In this document: piece by piece, positions 20,661 to 34,825 of the stretch
How positions within the stretch are numbered: position 1 is the first letter of the stretch
How the letters are laid out: each line of letters begins with the position of its first letter
DNA from: an uncultured Acidobacteriota bacterium
Lineage (GTDB): Bacteria > Acidobacteriota > Vicinamibacteria > Vicinamibacterales > CAVVIG01
Direction: 5' to 3'
Assembly (NCBI GenBank): GCA_963718825.1
Contig: CAVQZZ010000001.1
Location: 237,022 to 301,021, forward strand
DNA length: 64,000 nucleotides
Translations under genes and position numbers: made by a program
Notes under the pieces: model-generated
Database searches by the model: none
The model's input: only the letters and a program-made list of their open reading frames with translations
Told to the model about the DNA's origin: nothing

Positions 20661-21527
20661 ATGAGCTCATTTCTCGATTCGCTCCCGCGCCCACCGGGTT
20701 CCTGCACCTCGGGCACGTTGTCAACGCGATCTACGTCTGGGGCGTCACCCGCGCGCGCGGGGGGCGGGTCCTGCTGAGGATCGAAGATCACGATCGCCAG
20801 CGCAGCAGGCGCTCGTACGAACACGCGATTCTCGAGGACCTCGGCTGGCTGGGATTCAGCGCGGATGAAGCATTTGTGCGGCAAAGCGACCGCAGCGCGA
20901 TCTATGAAGACGCGCTGAACAGGCTGCGCGACGCGGGTCTTTTGTATGCGTGCGACTGCTCGCGGCGTGCGCTCGAACCGTCGCGGACAGACGCGACCGC
21001 CGCGTTCGCCGAGCGCCGTTACCCTGGAACCTGCGCCGACAAGCAACTGGCCGAGTCGCCAGGGCGTGCCGTTCGCGTGCGTCTCCGCGCCATCGGCCGA
21101 GCGGTTCACGGATCTGCGGCTCGGCCCGCAGGAGCAGCGGCCATCCGAACAGTGTGGAGACTTGCTGGTGAAGGATCGCGACGGCAATTGGTCGTATCAA
21201 TTCGCGGCGGCAGTCGACGATTACGTGCAGGGTGTTTCACTCGTCATTCGCGGCGAGGATCTCCTGGCGTCGACCGGCCGGCAGCTGCAGCTCGCGAGGC
21301 TCATCGGCCGCACGAATCCACCCGCGTTCCTGCATCATCCGCTCGTCATGAAGAGCGCGACACAGAAGTTGAGCAAATCCGACGGCGACACCGGAGTCCG
21401 CGAGCTTCGCGCGCGCGGTTGGACCGCCGCCGATGCGATCGGTCACGCGGCGTGGCTCGGCGGCCTGGTCGCTAACCCGCGATCGATAGAGGCCGGCGAG
21501 GTGTCGACCCTCGTCGCTCGTCTATGA
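20661..21527 (+). CDS. gluQ: Glutamyl-Q tRNA(Asp) synthetase-like protein (frameshifts near 20667 and 21085)
   Basis: ISRFAPAPTGFLHLGH (HIGH), LLRIEDHD, YACDCSR...YPGTC Zn motif, YQFAAAVDD, VIRGEDL, KLSKS (KMSKS); about 290 aa with no anticodon-binding domain. The 5' part is missing from the ORF track. Confidence 0.85.
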
Positions 21528-21534
21528 TGTGCCG

Positions 21535-24177
21535 ATGAGAATGCGCGTCTTTGGCGCTACGGTGGCGCTGTTCGCCGGTCTGTCCGCCGCAGCGCTTCGC
21601 GCCGTTCCGCCGGCCGGCGAGGCTCTCGCGAAAACCGTGGCATCGGCCGACGATGCGTGGGAGCGCGGCGACTACATCACCGCGCTGACCGACTACATCC
21701 ACGTGCTCACGGCGCCAGGCGGCCAGACGTTTTTCGACAACATCGCACTGCAGACCGGCGAGTTGTTCCAAACCCACGAGCTCACCGCCGATGGCCGCTC
21801 TCCGCGGTTCAGCCCCGACGACGCGTTCATCGCGTATGAAACGGGGCTCGAAGTGTCGCGTCGAACCCGTCTCGTGCGCAACGATGCCTCGCAATCCGAA
21901 GTGGCGTATCTCCCAGGCGTGTCCGCCACGTTCTCTCCCACGACGCCCGAAGTGGCGTATTTCAAGATTCCGGACCATCCCGATATCCGCCGCGTCTCGG
22001 AGGCGCTCGACAAGGCCTCGCTCACCGCGCCGAACCGCGCGCAGCTGATACAGGAGCTCACGTGGCTCGTCGCGAAGCACGCCACAATCGTCGTGCGCGA
22101 TCTGAACAACGGACGCGAAATGGAGCTGCCCGCGCCGGAGCTCGTGAAGACCGGCCTCGTGTACAGCGCGGACGGCCGCTCGCTCTTCTTTGTGGGCGCA
22201 GACGAAGCCGATGCCGAACGGCGCACGGACATCTACACGATCAGCGAGCGCGCCCCGCGTCCGTCGCTCGTCGTGGACACGCCCGGTCTGAAGAGCGCGC
22301 CGATCGTCGACGCAAGTGGCGCGACGCTCATTTACGTGGTGCCCGTCCAGAGTCCCCTGCGGCGGCCGCAGGGAGGACAGGCGGGGCAGGCCGGACAGGC
22401 CGGCCAGGACGCGCGGGTCGGGCAGGCGGCCCCGGCTGGGCCGCGTCAGCCGATCGCTTTTGCGATCGTCGACCTCGCGGCGAAGAAGGCGACGACCATT
22501 GAAGGGACGGCGCCGACATTGTCCGGCGACGGCAAGACGATCGCGTATGTCCAGCATGACGATGCAGGTTTCCGCGTGATGCGCGGCCCAACGCGCGGCC
22601 AGCACACCGCCGTCAGGCAGACGGGCGATCGGCTCGACGCGCCGGCGCTGTCGGCCGACGGGTCGCGCGTCGCGTTTCAGGAGATGCTGCGCGACGACTG
22701 GGAGATATTCGTCGCCGACGGCGACGGCCAGAACGATCGTCGTGTCACACGCGACATCGGCACGACGTGCTGCCGCGCTTCGTCGGTCCCGATCGGCTGC
22801 TCGGCGTCATCGGCGAGCCGCGGCACCGGCGATCGTTCCTTTACGACCTCAGACTCGATGGCTCGGACGCGTCTCTTTCACAACAACACGGTGCGGACGA
22901 TCGCGCCCGAATACCAGTGGGCGGTCAGCGCGGATGCGGCAAGATGCTCGTCGGCGCCGAGCGCGACGGCGACACGGTGTCGCCGCGAGCGCGGCGTGTA
23001 CCTCGTCGATCTGCAGCGGAAGGTGACGAACGCGCAGCTGCTCGCGCGTCTTCGCGAAAACCTCAAGAGCGAGGTCGCGCTGAAGGAGTTCGGCTCGCAC
23101 GCGTTTCAGCCGATCGCGGCCGACGTCAAGCTGGTCGTCGAGCGCGTCTCGCCGAATCGCATCTACGCGTACGAGAAGGCGCTGTTCGACTTCGACTCGA
23201 AGCACATCACGAAGCCCGGCAACAGAAGGCCGGCGAGTTCCTGTTCGACACCTACCGTTCGTTCGGCTACGAGCCGGAGTACCAGTGGTTCGAGCCGCGC
23301 GGAGCGCTCGGCGGCAAAACCGCCAATGTCGTCGCGACGCTGCGCGGCACGGTCAATCCCGACCTCGTCTACGTCGTCAGCAGCCACTACGATTCGGTTG
23401 CCGCCGGCCCTGGTGCGGACGACGACACGTCGGGAACGGCGGCGCTGCTCGAGGCGGCGCGCGTGCTGGCGCATCATCCGATGCCGGCGACGATCGTCTT
23501 CGCGTCGTTCACCGGCGAGGAAGCCGGCCTGCTCGGCAGCCGCGAGTTCGTCCGCCGCGCTCAGGAGAGCAAGACGCAGATCGCCGGCGCGCTGAACAAC
23601 GACATGGTCGGCTGGGCGAACGACGCGCGGATGGACAATACGATCCGCTATTCGAACCCGGGCATTCGCGACATCCAGCACGGCGCGGCGATGCTGTTCA
23701 CGCCGACTGATCACGTACGACGCGCTCTACTTCAAGGGCACCGACGCCGCATCCTACTACGACGCGTACGGCGACATCGTCGGCGGCATCGGTTCGTATC
23801 CCGTGCTGAGCAGCCCGCACTACCATCAGCCGAGCGATCTGCTGGAAAACGAGAACCATCAGCTGATCGCCGAGACGAGCAAGACGACCGTCGCGACGCT
23901 GATGCTGCTGGCGTCGAGCCCGTCGCGGATCAAGAATCTGAAGGTTCGGCGTGCGGCGGCGGGGACCGCCGTGACGTGGACGCCAAGTCCCGAGGCCGGC
24001 ATCGTGTCCTACGTCGTGGCCTACGGTCCACCGTCGAACCCTCTGCTGCATCGCGTATCGGTGGCGACGCCCCAGGCAATGATTCCCTCGGTCGATCCGG
24101 GCATGAAGATCGCTGTGAGAGCGGTGAATGCGCGGGGCCTGGCCGGGTGGGACTGGGCGTTCGGAGAGAGGCAGTGA
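21535..24177 (+). CDS. Secreted M28 peptidase with N-terminal TolB-like beta-propeller and C-terminal FN3-like domain (about 6 frameshifts)
   Basis: Signal peptide; PD40-like repeats (SPRFSPDD, PALSADGSRVAF); SSHYDS, GADDDTSG, FTGEEAGLLGS, NNDM, TDAA, PHYHQPSD found across stitched frames. Confidence 0.85.
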
Positions 24178-24235
24178 CGGCAAATGGGGCGGGTCGCGAA
24201 AAGTTGGATGTGAAGCAGGTACGCAGGAGGGTGGA

Positions 24236-26318
<2,083 letters not shown>

Positions 26319-26326
26319 CTGGTGTG

Positions 26327-26563
26327 ATGTATCTGGTTTGGGAGATCGTCATCGGCATTCTTGCCGGCTATCTGGCCGGCAGAATCATGCGTGGCCGCGG
26401 CTACGGCATCCTGATCGATCTGCTGCTCGGCATCGTCGGATCGATTCTCGGCGGGATGATCTTCGGGCTGCTCGGACTGTATTCGAGCGGCGTCATCGGT
26501 CAGCTCGTGATCGCCACAGCGGGAGCTGTTCTGCTGATCTATATCGTTCGGCGCCTTCGATGA
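26327..26563 (+). CDS. GlsB/YeaQ/YmgE (transglycosylase-associated) membrane protein
   Basis: IGILAGYLAGRIM.G.GYG...DLLLGIVGSILGG...ATAGAVLL pattern, 78 aa. Confidence 0.88.
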   Translation: MYLVWEIVIGILAGYLAGRIMRGRGYGILIDLLLGIVGSILGGMIFGLLGLYSSGVIGQLVIATAGAVLLIYIVRRLR

Positions 26564-26675
26564 GACGCGTTCGATAATCGCCTGCTCGCCTTTCCATCCC
26601 TTCTACTCTGGGGTTCCACATCCGCTCGCCCGATGGGATTACGATGGGCGCCGCGATGACTGTGTAGGAGTCGGC

Positions 26676-27422
26676 ATGGACGGCATTCTGATCGTCACGG
26701 GCGGAAGCCGCGGCATTGGCGCGGAGACGGCACGGCTGGGTGCTGCCGCCGGTTACGCCGTGTGCGTGAACTATTACGTGAACCGTAGCGCTGCGGACGC
26801 GGTGGTCGCCGGCATTACTAGCGCCGGCGGCGCCGCGATCGCTGTCGGAGCCGACGTCGGGGTCGAGCAGGACGTCGTCCGGCTGTTCGAAACCGTCGAT
26901 CGCGCATTCGGACCCGTGACGGCGCTCGTCAACAACGCCGGCATCCTGGACAGACAGACACGCGTCGAACATCTCGATGCGGCCCGCCTGTCGCGCGTGC
27001 TCGCGGTGAACGTCACCGGCGCGTTCCTTTGCACGCGCGAAGCCGTTCGCCGCATGTCCACGGCCCGCGGCGGTCGCGGCGGTTCGATCGTGAATGTATC
27101 GTCGCGTGCGGCCGTTCTGGGATCGCCAAACGAGTACGTCGATTACGCGGCGTCGAAGGCGGCGCTCGATGCGTTGACGACCGGTGTCTCGAAGGAAGTC
27201 GCGGCGGAAGGGATTCGTGTGAACTCGATCAGAGCCGGCGTGATCCGGACCGACATCCACGCGAGCGGCGGCGAGGCGGGCCGCGTCGATCGGCTCGCGC
27301 CGACGATCCCGATGCAGCGCGGAGGTGAACCGATCGAGGTCGCCCGCGCGATCCTGTGGCTGCTTTCCGATCAGGCCTCGTATACGACCGGCGCGTTCCT
27401 CGACGTCTCGGGCGGCCGGTAG
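26676..27422 (+). CDS. Short-chain dehydrogenase/reductase (YgfF/glucose 1-dehydrogenase-like)
   Basis: TGGSRGIG, NNAG, GSPNEYVDYAASK, IRTDIHASGG, DVSGGR. Confidence 0.93.
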   Translation: MDGILIVTGGSRGIGAETARLGAAAGYAVCVNYYVNRSAADAVVAGITSAGGAAIAVGADVGVEQDVVRLFETVDRAFGPVTALVNNAGILDRQTRVEHLDAARLSRVLAVNVTGAFLCTREAVRRMSTARGGRGGSIVNVSSRAAVLGSPNEYVDYAASKAALDALTTGVSKEVAAEGIRVNSIRAGVIRTDIHASGGEAGRVDRLAPTIPMQRGGEPIEVARAILWLLSDQASYTTGAFLDVSGGR

Positions 27423-27456
27423 GAGCTCAGTTCTCAGTTCTCAGTTCTCAATTCGG
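27422..27456. repeat. Short heptamer array AGTTCTC x3 plus degenerate flanks
   Basis: GGAGCTC AGTTCTC AGTTCTC AGTTCTC AATTCGG right after the SDR stop. Confidence 0.75.
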
Positions 27457-27466
27457 AACGCAGCCC

Positions 27467-27495
27467 TTGACTCCGACACGCGGGTCCCATATAGT
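27467..27495 (+). promoter_or_regulatory. Sigma-70-type promoter of TonB receptor 1
   Basis: TTGACT (27467-27472), 17 bp, TATAGT (27490-27495). Confidence 0.75.
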
Positions 27496-27497
27496 CC

Positions 27498-27527
27498 GGC
27501 CGATTATTTAGGCTTAAACGATCGGCC
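27498..27527. promoter_or_regulatory. Palindromic operator site A
   Basis: GGCCGAT-TA-TTTA-GGCT-TAAA-CG-ATCGGCC over the predicted transcription start; the same core recurs at 37828, 45749 and 45812. Confidence 0.7.
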
Positions 27528-27555
27528 CCACAATTCCGTTCCCACCGAGGAGAAT

Positions 27556-30435
27556 ATGCGCCGTACGCTGTTCCGAACCGTCTGGATCTCGCTCGTCGCA
27601 CTCCTGCTCGCCGCGCCCGTTCTCGCGGACGTCACGCGGTTCGATCTGTCCGGTCTCATCACAGATGGAACCGGCGCCATCCTCCCTGGCGTGACGGTCA
27701 CGATCAAGAACGTCGACACCGGTTTCAACCGGACGACAGTCACTGACGGCGCCGGCCGCTATTCCTTTACGGCTTTGCCGCCAACGGGCAAGTGGACGTT
27801 GACGGCCGAGCTGTCCGGTTTCGGGCCCCAGCGTCGCGAAGGGCTCGAGTTCCAGGCGAACACGAAGCCCGAGATCAATTTTCAGCTGAACGTCGGCGGC
27901 GTGTCGGAATCGGTCACTGTCCAGGCTGCGGCGCCGCTGGTTCGCACGCGTGAAAGCGAGTTGTCGTCGATCCTCGAAGCCAAGCAAGTGGACGAACTGC
28001 CGACCAACGGGCGCAACTTCCTCTCGCTGCTGCAAACGTCGGGCAGCGTCGTGCCGCTGGGCAACAGTCCGAGCAGCGGTGGCATTTCGGTGAACGGCCA
28101 GGGCACCCGCACGGCCAACTTCCTCGCCGACGGCGTGTCGATTACCGGCCGCGAGATCCGGACGCTGAACGGAGAGTTCGGCGGCGGCAACGGCCTCTCG
28201 CTGGATGTCGTCAAGGAGTTGCAGGTCATCAGCAACGGTTTCAAGGCGGAGGTCGGCCAGACCGGCGCCGGCACGATCAGCGTGGTGACGAAGAGCGGCA
28301 CGAACACGATGGCGGGCAGCGCGTATGCGTTCTGGAAGCCGACCGACCTCGTCGCGGCGAACCTGCTCACCGGCGCATCGACCACGCAGAAGCGGCAGCA
28401 GTTCGGCGGCACCATCGGCGGCCCGATCGTCAAGGACCGCACACATTTCTTCGCGAACTACGAGGACACGCGGATCGACGACGTGTCGGTCGTGACGTCG
28501 GTGCTGGCGCCCGGGACGTTCCCCGCGCCGCAGACGCAGAAGCAGGGATTCTTCAAGATCAATCACCGCTTCACCGATCGGAATGCCCTGGAGGCGCGCT
28601 ACAGCCTCAACCGGAACACGCAGGAAGGACAGAGTGTCGGCGGATTGAGCACCTACGACCGCCGATCGAACACGGAAGCGCAGACCGATGCGTTCATCGT
28701 CTCGCTCGTCAGCAACTTTGGCGCGAACAAGGTCAACGAAGCCCGTTTCCGCTACACATACGACGTCGTGGATTTCTATTCACCGCTCACCGCGTCGACC
28801 GGCGTGGGATCGCGAACGCCCGACTTTTCGAACGCGCCTGTGACGGTCACGTATACCGGTGTCGGCAACCTGGGCACCAATCCCGGGTTCCCGCAGAACC
28901 TCGTCGAGAAGCGCGCGCAGTGGGTCGATCATTTCTCGATCATCAAGGGGCCGCACCAGCTGAAGACCGGCGTCGACGTAATCGGGTCGTGGCGGTTCGT
29001 GACCTTCTTCAGCAACTTTGCCGGCACCTACACGTTCGCGCAGGGCGCGAAGTTTCCGTTCAATGCAAACGACCCGGCCACTTTCCCGATCCAATTCACG
29101 CAGACATTCGGCACGTCGGGGCTCAATTTCAAAGACGCGATGATCGGCCTGTTCGCGCAGGATGATTGGGAAATCCGTCGCGGCCTGACGTTGAACCTCG
29201 GCGTCCGCTGGGACAAGGATTCGCTGTTCCAGGGCGACAACAACAACATCGCGCCCCGCGCCGGTTTCGCCTGGACGGCCGACTCGGACGGCAAGACGGT
29301 GGTGCGCGGCTCCACGGGAATTTTCTACGACACGATCGAGTCGTCCGGGATCAACCGCGAATCGAACTTCGGTCCGGTCGGTCAGACGACGATCGATCTG
29401 CGGCCCGGCGATCCGCTCTTCCCGACGTTCCCGAACCGGCTCAGCGCGTTCCCTTCAGGCGCGAACACCGTGGCGAGAGCGCAGGTCTACGTGCCGGTCT
29501 TCCAGGGCCCTGATTTCCCGTTCAGTATCGGCGACACTCTGAAGCGCGTGCAGCCGTATTTCTTCAACACGAACTTTGGGATTCAGCGCGAGCTGATGCC
29601 AAACGTAGCGGTGTCGGCCGACTATACGCGCGTCTACGGCTACGACATGCTCGTGACGTACGACGTCAACGCGCCGCCGTACTTCGCACTCGGCCCCGGA
29701 CAGACGCGAACGGTCACGACGGCGAACCTGCAGCGCCCGCTTGGCGTGCCCAATACGACCGGAGGGCCGCTCGGCATCGACTTTACAGGGTTCAGAAATC
29801 TCTTTCTGCAGTTCAACGGCGGACACACGCAGTACAACGCCGTGAAATTCGGGATCGTCAAGCGGATGTCGAACCACTACGCACTGCAGGCGAACTACAC
29901 GCTTGGCCACGCGGTGGGTGATGTCGACAACTTCCGTCTTGCGAACTCGTTCGTTCCGGGGGTGTCGAGCATCACCGGTGATCGCAGCTACCAATGGGGG
30001 CCGAGCGATACCGATGTCCGCCATCTCTTCGTCGTCAATGGCACGTATGAAGCGCCGCTCGGGATCCGCGTCGGTGCCATCGTGTTCGCGCGGTCCGGCT
30101 TTCCCTATACGGGGATCGTGGGGATCGACGCCGACGGGGACGGTGTGAACAACAACAGCAGCTTCGGCGATCGGCCCGCGACGCTGACGCGCAACTCGTT
30201 CCGATACCCGTCGCAAGTCAATGTGGATACGAGCCTGGCATACGATCTGAAGCTCGTCGGCTCGCAAGCCCTGGAGCTGCGCTTCGACGTCTTCAACCTG
30301 TTCAACAAGAAGAACATCAGCGGGATCAACAACATCATCGGGCTCGACGCGAGCAAGCCGCCGGCGACCTTCGGCGCCGTCACTGCGGTCGCGCCGCAGC
30401 GTCAGGCACAGATCGCCGTGCGCTACCGGTTCTGA
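27556..30435 (+). CDS. TonB-dependent receptor, Oar-like, with N-terminal carboxypeptidase-regulatory-like domain
   Basis: SD GAGGAG; signal peptide; LPTNGRNFLSL, VVTKSGTN, QFGGTIGGPI, FAQDDW, LNLGVRWD, APRAGFAW; C-terminal YRF. Confidence 0.93.
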   Translation: MRRTLFRTVWISLVALLLAAPVLADVTRFDLSGLITDGTGAILPGVTVTIKNVDTGFNRTTVTDGAGRYSFTALPPTGKWTLTAELSGFGPQRREGLEFQANTKPEINFQLNVGGVSESVTVQAAAPLVRTRESELSSILEAKQVDELPTNGRNFLSLLQTSGSVVPLGNSPSSGGISVNGQGTRTANFLADGVSITGREIRTLNGEFGGGNGLSLDVVKELQVISNGFKAEVGQTGAGTISVVTKSGTNTMAGSAYAFWKPTDLVAANLLTGASTTQKRQQFGGTIGGPIVKDRTHFFANYEDTRIDDVSVVTSVLAPGTFPAPQTQKQGFFKINHRFTDRNALEARYSLNRNTQEGQSVGGLSTYDRRSNTEAQTDAFIVSLVSNFGANKVNEARFRYTYDVVDFYSPLTASTGVGSRTPDFSNAPVTVTYTGVGNLGTNPGFPQNLVEKRAQWVDHFSIIKGPHQLKTGVDVIGSWRFVTFFSNFAGTYTFAQGAKFPFNANDPATFPIQFTQTFGTSGLNFKDAMIGLFAQDDWEIRRGLTLNLGVRWDKDSLFQGDNNNIAPRAGFAWTADSDGKTVVRGSTGIFYDTIESSGINRESNFGPVGQTTIDLRPGDPLFPTFPNRLSAFPSGANTVARAQVYVPVFQGPDFPFSIGDTLKRVQPYFFNTNFGIQRELMPNVAVSADYTRVYGYDMLVTYDVNAPPYFALGPGQTRTVTTANLQRPLGVPNTTGGPLGIDFTGFRNLFLQFNGGHTQYNAVKFGIVKRMSNHYALQANYTLGHAVGDVDNFRLANSFVPGVSSITGDRSYQWGPSDTDVRHLFVVNGTYEAPLGIRVGAIVFARSGFPYTGIVGIDADGDGVNNNSSFGDRPATLTRNSFRYPSQVNVDTSLAYDLKLVGSQALELRFDVFNLFNKKNISGINNIIGLDASKPPATFGAVTAVAPQRQAQIAVRYRF

Positions 30436-32520
30436 AGCCGCTTGATCATCTCGCGCGCGGCGGCGGTTTGCCGCGCGTACTCGGGCGGCGCGATGCGAAC
30501 GAACTCCTCGTAGTCGCGCCGCGCGTCGGCCGCGCGGTTCAGATCGAGTTCCGCCCTCGCCGCTCCGAACACGGCCTCAGCGTATTGAGGCCGTGCCGCC
30601 AGGGCGGCGCGATAGCTGTCGAGGGCGCGCTGCGGATCACCGGCGGCGAGGTAGCCGGTCGCCAGCTCGTAGTGAGCCTCGGGATACGTGGGGTTGCGTT
30701 CGATCGCTTGACGTAAATGACCCGTGGCCGCCGTCTCGTTCCCGCTGCGTCTTTCGATGATCGCGAGGTTGTAATAGGGCTCCGCTCGATCCGGCGCGGC
30801 CGCGATCGCGCGCGTGAACGCCTCGCGTGCGGCCTCGACGTGGTTCTGGCGCGCTTCGAGCAGGCCGAGCCGGTTCCAGGCGTCCGCGTCGTTCGGCGTC
30901 GATTTCACGGCCTGGGACAGCGCGGTGCGCGCCTCGTCGCTCCGCCCCTCGCGTTCCGCAATCGAGGCCAGATTCACGAACACGTCCGGATGCGCAAAAC
31001 CAGCGGCGAGCGCGCGGCGGTACTCTTCACGCGCTTGATCGAGTTGGCCCGCCTGAAAACTGATATCGCCGAGATATTTCATCGCGAGACCGTTCGACTT
31101 GTCGAGCGCGAGCGCGCGCGCGAAGAAGACGCGGGCGGCGATTGGGTCGCGCTTGATCCGATCGATGCCGTCCTCGATCGCGGCCCAGACCTCGACCCGG
31201 TCCTTCGGATCGACCGCGCGGCTCCGCGGCGTCGGCGTGGTCGTGCCGCCCGTGTAACCAAGGCCTCGCAGCCGTTCCGCCGCGTCGCCGCTGGCCGGTG
31301 CCGACAAAGCGGCGGAGCGCGAATCATCGGTCGGCGGGAGCGCCCGCTGCAGCCCGGCCGCGAGCGCGCCCCTGTCGTCCACGCGATTGTGGACCTCCGC
31401 GGCGTCGACCTCGAGATTGTAGAGCTCGGGTCGAGGCGCCTCGATGAACTTCCACGCGTGCGTCCGGACGGCGCGGAGCGGGCTCCAGCCAAGCAGCACG
31501 TTCTGATAGTACGACTCCGCGTAGGCAGCCCGATCCGGGTCGCCCCCGCCGCGGGCGATGAGGGGCAGCACGCTGCGGCCGTCGACCGATTGGAAGGTGC
31601 GTCCCCGCCAATTCGGCGATCGTCGGCGCAATATCCGCGGCTTCGACGGGCGCTTCGACGACGCGCGGGGAGGAGGACGGGACTTTCACCAGGAGCGGCA
31701 CGTGGATCGTGGAGTCGTACAGAAACGTGCCGTGCGTGCGTTCGCCGTGCTCGCCGAGCGATTCGCCATGATCGGCCACGATGAACACGGCGGTGGAATT
31801 GGTGAGCCCGGCTCGCGAAAGCCGGTCGAGGAAGCGGCCAATCGCGGCATCCGTGTAGCGCGATCTCGCCGTCGTATGGCGCCTTCGCATACGCCGTCGC
31901 GAATGGCTCGGGCGGCGTGTACGGAGAGTGCGGATCGAAGAGGTGCAGCCACGCGAACGCGGGCTGCGACGCGTGATCGTTGATCCACGCCGCGGCCGCG
32001 TCGACGACATCATCCGCGCGTCGTTCGACGGCGGTCGATTGTTTCAGGAAATCATCGTCGTATCGATCGAATCCACGCGAGAGGCCGGACGAGGCTCGCA
32101 GCGGGATAGCCGCCGATGAACCCGCCGGTCGCGTAGCCGCGGCCCCGGAGCGCTTCCGCGAGCGTCGGCACGTTGGCGAGCGTGAAACCCGTCGTTGGTG
32201 CGAATCCCGTGGCGTGCCGGGTGGAGGCCCGTGAGGATCGTCGCGTGCGCGGGCAGGGTGAGCGGCACCTGTGTGACCGCAGCGGTGAATCGCGCGGCGC
32301 CTTGCGCAAAGCGATCCAGGTTCGGTGTGAGCCCCGCATGCGAGCCGTACGCGCCGAGTCGATCCAGCCGGAGCGTGTCGATAGTGATGAGCACGATCAG
32401 ACGCGGAGGCGCGAATGCCGGCGGCGCGATCGCGTCACGCCGGCGGCATCCCGCGCCGGTCGCCGCCGTTATCGCCAGCGCGACGACAATTGTGCGATGA
32501 ACCGCCCGCAGTACGGTCAT
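30423..32520 (-). CDS. Sulfatase-like (alkaline phosphatase superfamily) lipoprotein with C-terminal TPR repeats (about 4 frameshifts)
   Basis: Lipobox-like AGC; LITIDTLRLD, TPNLD, PLTLPAHATILTG, LHLFDPH, YDGEI, VADHGESLGEHGE, HG; TPR motifs AWNRLG, PYYNLA, AHYELA. Confidence 0.85.
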
Positions 32521-32612
32521 CGAGCCGGTATACAGTCGCAAGGCACGCGTAATTCGATCAGTTTACCGAAGTGCGCGTGTTCACGCCGTGCTTCCATTGA
32601 ACCGAGGCTGAC

Positions 32613-34806
32613 ATGAGAAATCAACTGCGCTGCCGTTCCGCGTCGTTCGCGGCGTTCGTCCTTCCGCTCTTGCTCCTCCCGTCGAGCGCCGGCGCGCAAT
32701 CTCGCGCGGTGCTGACGCCGGAGGACGTGCTCGCCGTTCAGTCGTTCGCCGGCGGACAGCCGATCGCGGTGTCCTCGACCGGCCGCTGGATCGCGTACGT
32801 CGTGACCGACAAGAACGACGACTGGAACGTGCAGGAGCCGCGGCCGACGGGCCATGTGTTCGTGCAGACGCTCGGCGACAAGCCAGGCGCGCCCCGCGCG
32901 CTGACGACCGGCGCCGCGCACAGCGCCTTTCCCGTGTGGTCGCCGGATGGCACCCGTCTCGCCTTCGTGCGCGAGGAGCAGGGGCGCGGCCGCGAAATCG
33001 TCTGGGATGCCGCTCGCGATCAGGCGACGCCCGTCGGCGACGCGTTCGCGGCGAGGATGTACGTCGAGCCGCAATGGGATCCAACCGGGAAGACGCTGGT
33101 CGTCGCTGCCGCCGAACCCGAAGCCGCTCCAGCGCCTTACCGCGTGCGCTCGGTGAAGAGCACCGACGCCCGCATCCCGGGCGATCAGTTCTTTACCGAC
33201 GAGCGCAAGGCGACGCTCGTGGCCATCGACGTCGCGAGCGGCAAGTCGACGCCGCTGTCGAGCTCGCCCATCACGTTGCGATCGTTCAAGCTCTCGCCGG
33301 ACGGGACGCACCTTTTGTACGTCGCTCCCGATCCCGCGACGCTCGGTGTGATTGGCAAGGAACAGAACGATACGTTCGTGTTGCCGGTGGACGTGAAGCC
33401 GGGTGCGAAAGCCGCCGCCGCTCGCAAGCTGGCGGAGCGCGGGCGCTACTCGTGGTCGCCCGACGGCACCCAGCTGGTTTCTGCGCGGGGTGGGAAGCTG
33501 ACCGTTCAGCCGGTCGACGGAGGAGCCGCCAGGCCGTGGCGCGATTCGTTCACGCTCGGCACCGGGGAGCCGGTCTGGGCGCCGGACGGCGCGCGGTTCG
33601 CGACGTTGGTGGCCGACCCGTCCCTTTCGGATCCGGAGCTCGAGAAGGTCAAGCCGGGCATGTACACGACCGCGCGTCCCTTCAACGACGTGTATCTGGT
33701 CGGCAGCGACGGCTCGTCGAAAAATCTCACGAAGGACTTCGAGGATCAGGTGTCCGATCTCGTCTGGGCGCGGGACGGCAGCGCGTTGTACTTCCGCGCG
33801 ACGAACAACAAGACGTACGACGAAACGCTGTATCGCTACAGCGTGGCGGATCAGAAGCTCGAGGCCGTCGTGCACGGATCGGAAAGCTACGATCGGATTA
33901 TTCCGACGGCCGGCAGCGTGGTCGTGTCCATCGAGGACGCCACGCATCCGACCGATATCTGGGCGATCGGCGCCAGCGGCAAGCGCACGCGCGTGACGGA
34001 TACTCAATCCTCAGCTCGCGACGTTCACGTTCAGCAAGCCCGAATTCTTCTATTACGACAACGCGGACGGCGAACGCCTCGGCGCTCTGCTCTACAAGCC
34101 CGCCGGGCTCGGACCGAACGAGAAGGTCCCCGTCATCACGTGGGTGTACGAGAAGATGACGCCGGCGGTCCATCGCTTCAACGCGCGCGACCAGATGTTC
34201 ATCACGCACGGTTACGCGATGCTGATGCCGAACGTGAAGATCAAGGTGGGGGCACCCGCCGACTCTTACGAGAAGTGCGTCGTGCCAGCGGTGAATGCCG
34301 TCCGCGCGATGGGCTTCACGACCGGCAAGTTCGCCATCTGGGGGCACAGCTTCGGCGCGTATGCGACGTCAAATCTGATCACACGGACGAACATCTTCGC
34401 CGCCGCCGTATCCGGCGCGACCCCGGTCGAACTTGACCGCAATTGGGCGAGCGGTCGCGATCGCGATTCGCGCAATATCGAAACGGGGCAGGCCCGGATC
34501 GGCGGGAGCCCCTTCGAATACCCGGAGCGCTACCGGTCACAGTCCGCGTTTTTCCGATTGAACGAGGTCACTACGCCCGTCCTGATCCTGCACGGCGAGA
34601 AGGACCTGACGATCCTCTATGGTGAAGGCGAGATGTTCTTCTACGCGCTCCGTCAGCTGGGGAAGACGGCGGAGTTCGTCTCGTACGCGAACGGCGATCA
34701 CAGCCTGTCGCGCCACTCGAAGGCTGACGCGATCGACGTGAATCACCGCATCCTGGAGTGGTTCGATCGCTACCTGAAGAACGACCGAACCTCGAAGTCG
34801 CAGTAG
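32613..34806 (+). CDS. S9 family peptidase, secreted (+1 frameshift near 34005)
   Basis: Signal peptide, WSPDG propeller repeats, nucleophile GHSFG, LHGEKD, GDH. Confidence 0.88.
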
Positions 34807-34825
34807 GACAAAGGTCAGCAGCCTG

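Noticed and set aside
22375-22428. In-frame 9-bp repeat encoding GQAGQAGQAGQD in the M28 peptidase
   Set aside because: It lies in a low-complexity linker and preserves frame; it may relate to the nonamer arrays but there is no independent support.
32557-32576. Fifth operator site (ATCAGTTTACC) in the sulfatase-like/S9 divergent gap
   Set aside because: Only one half-site matches; there is no TAAA arm.
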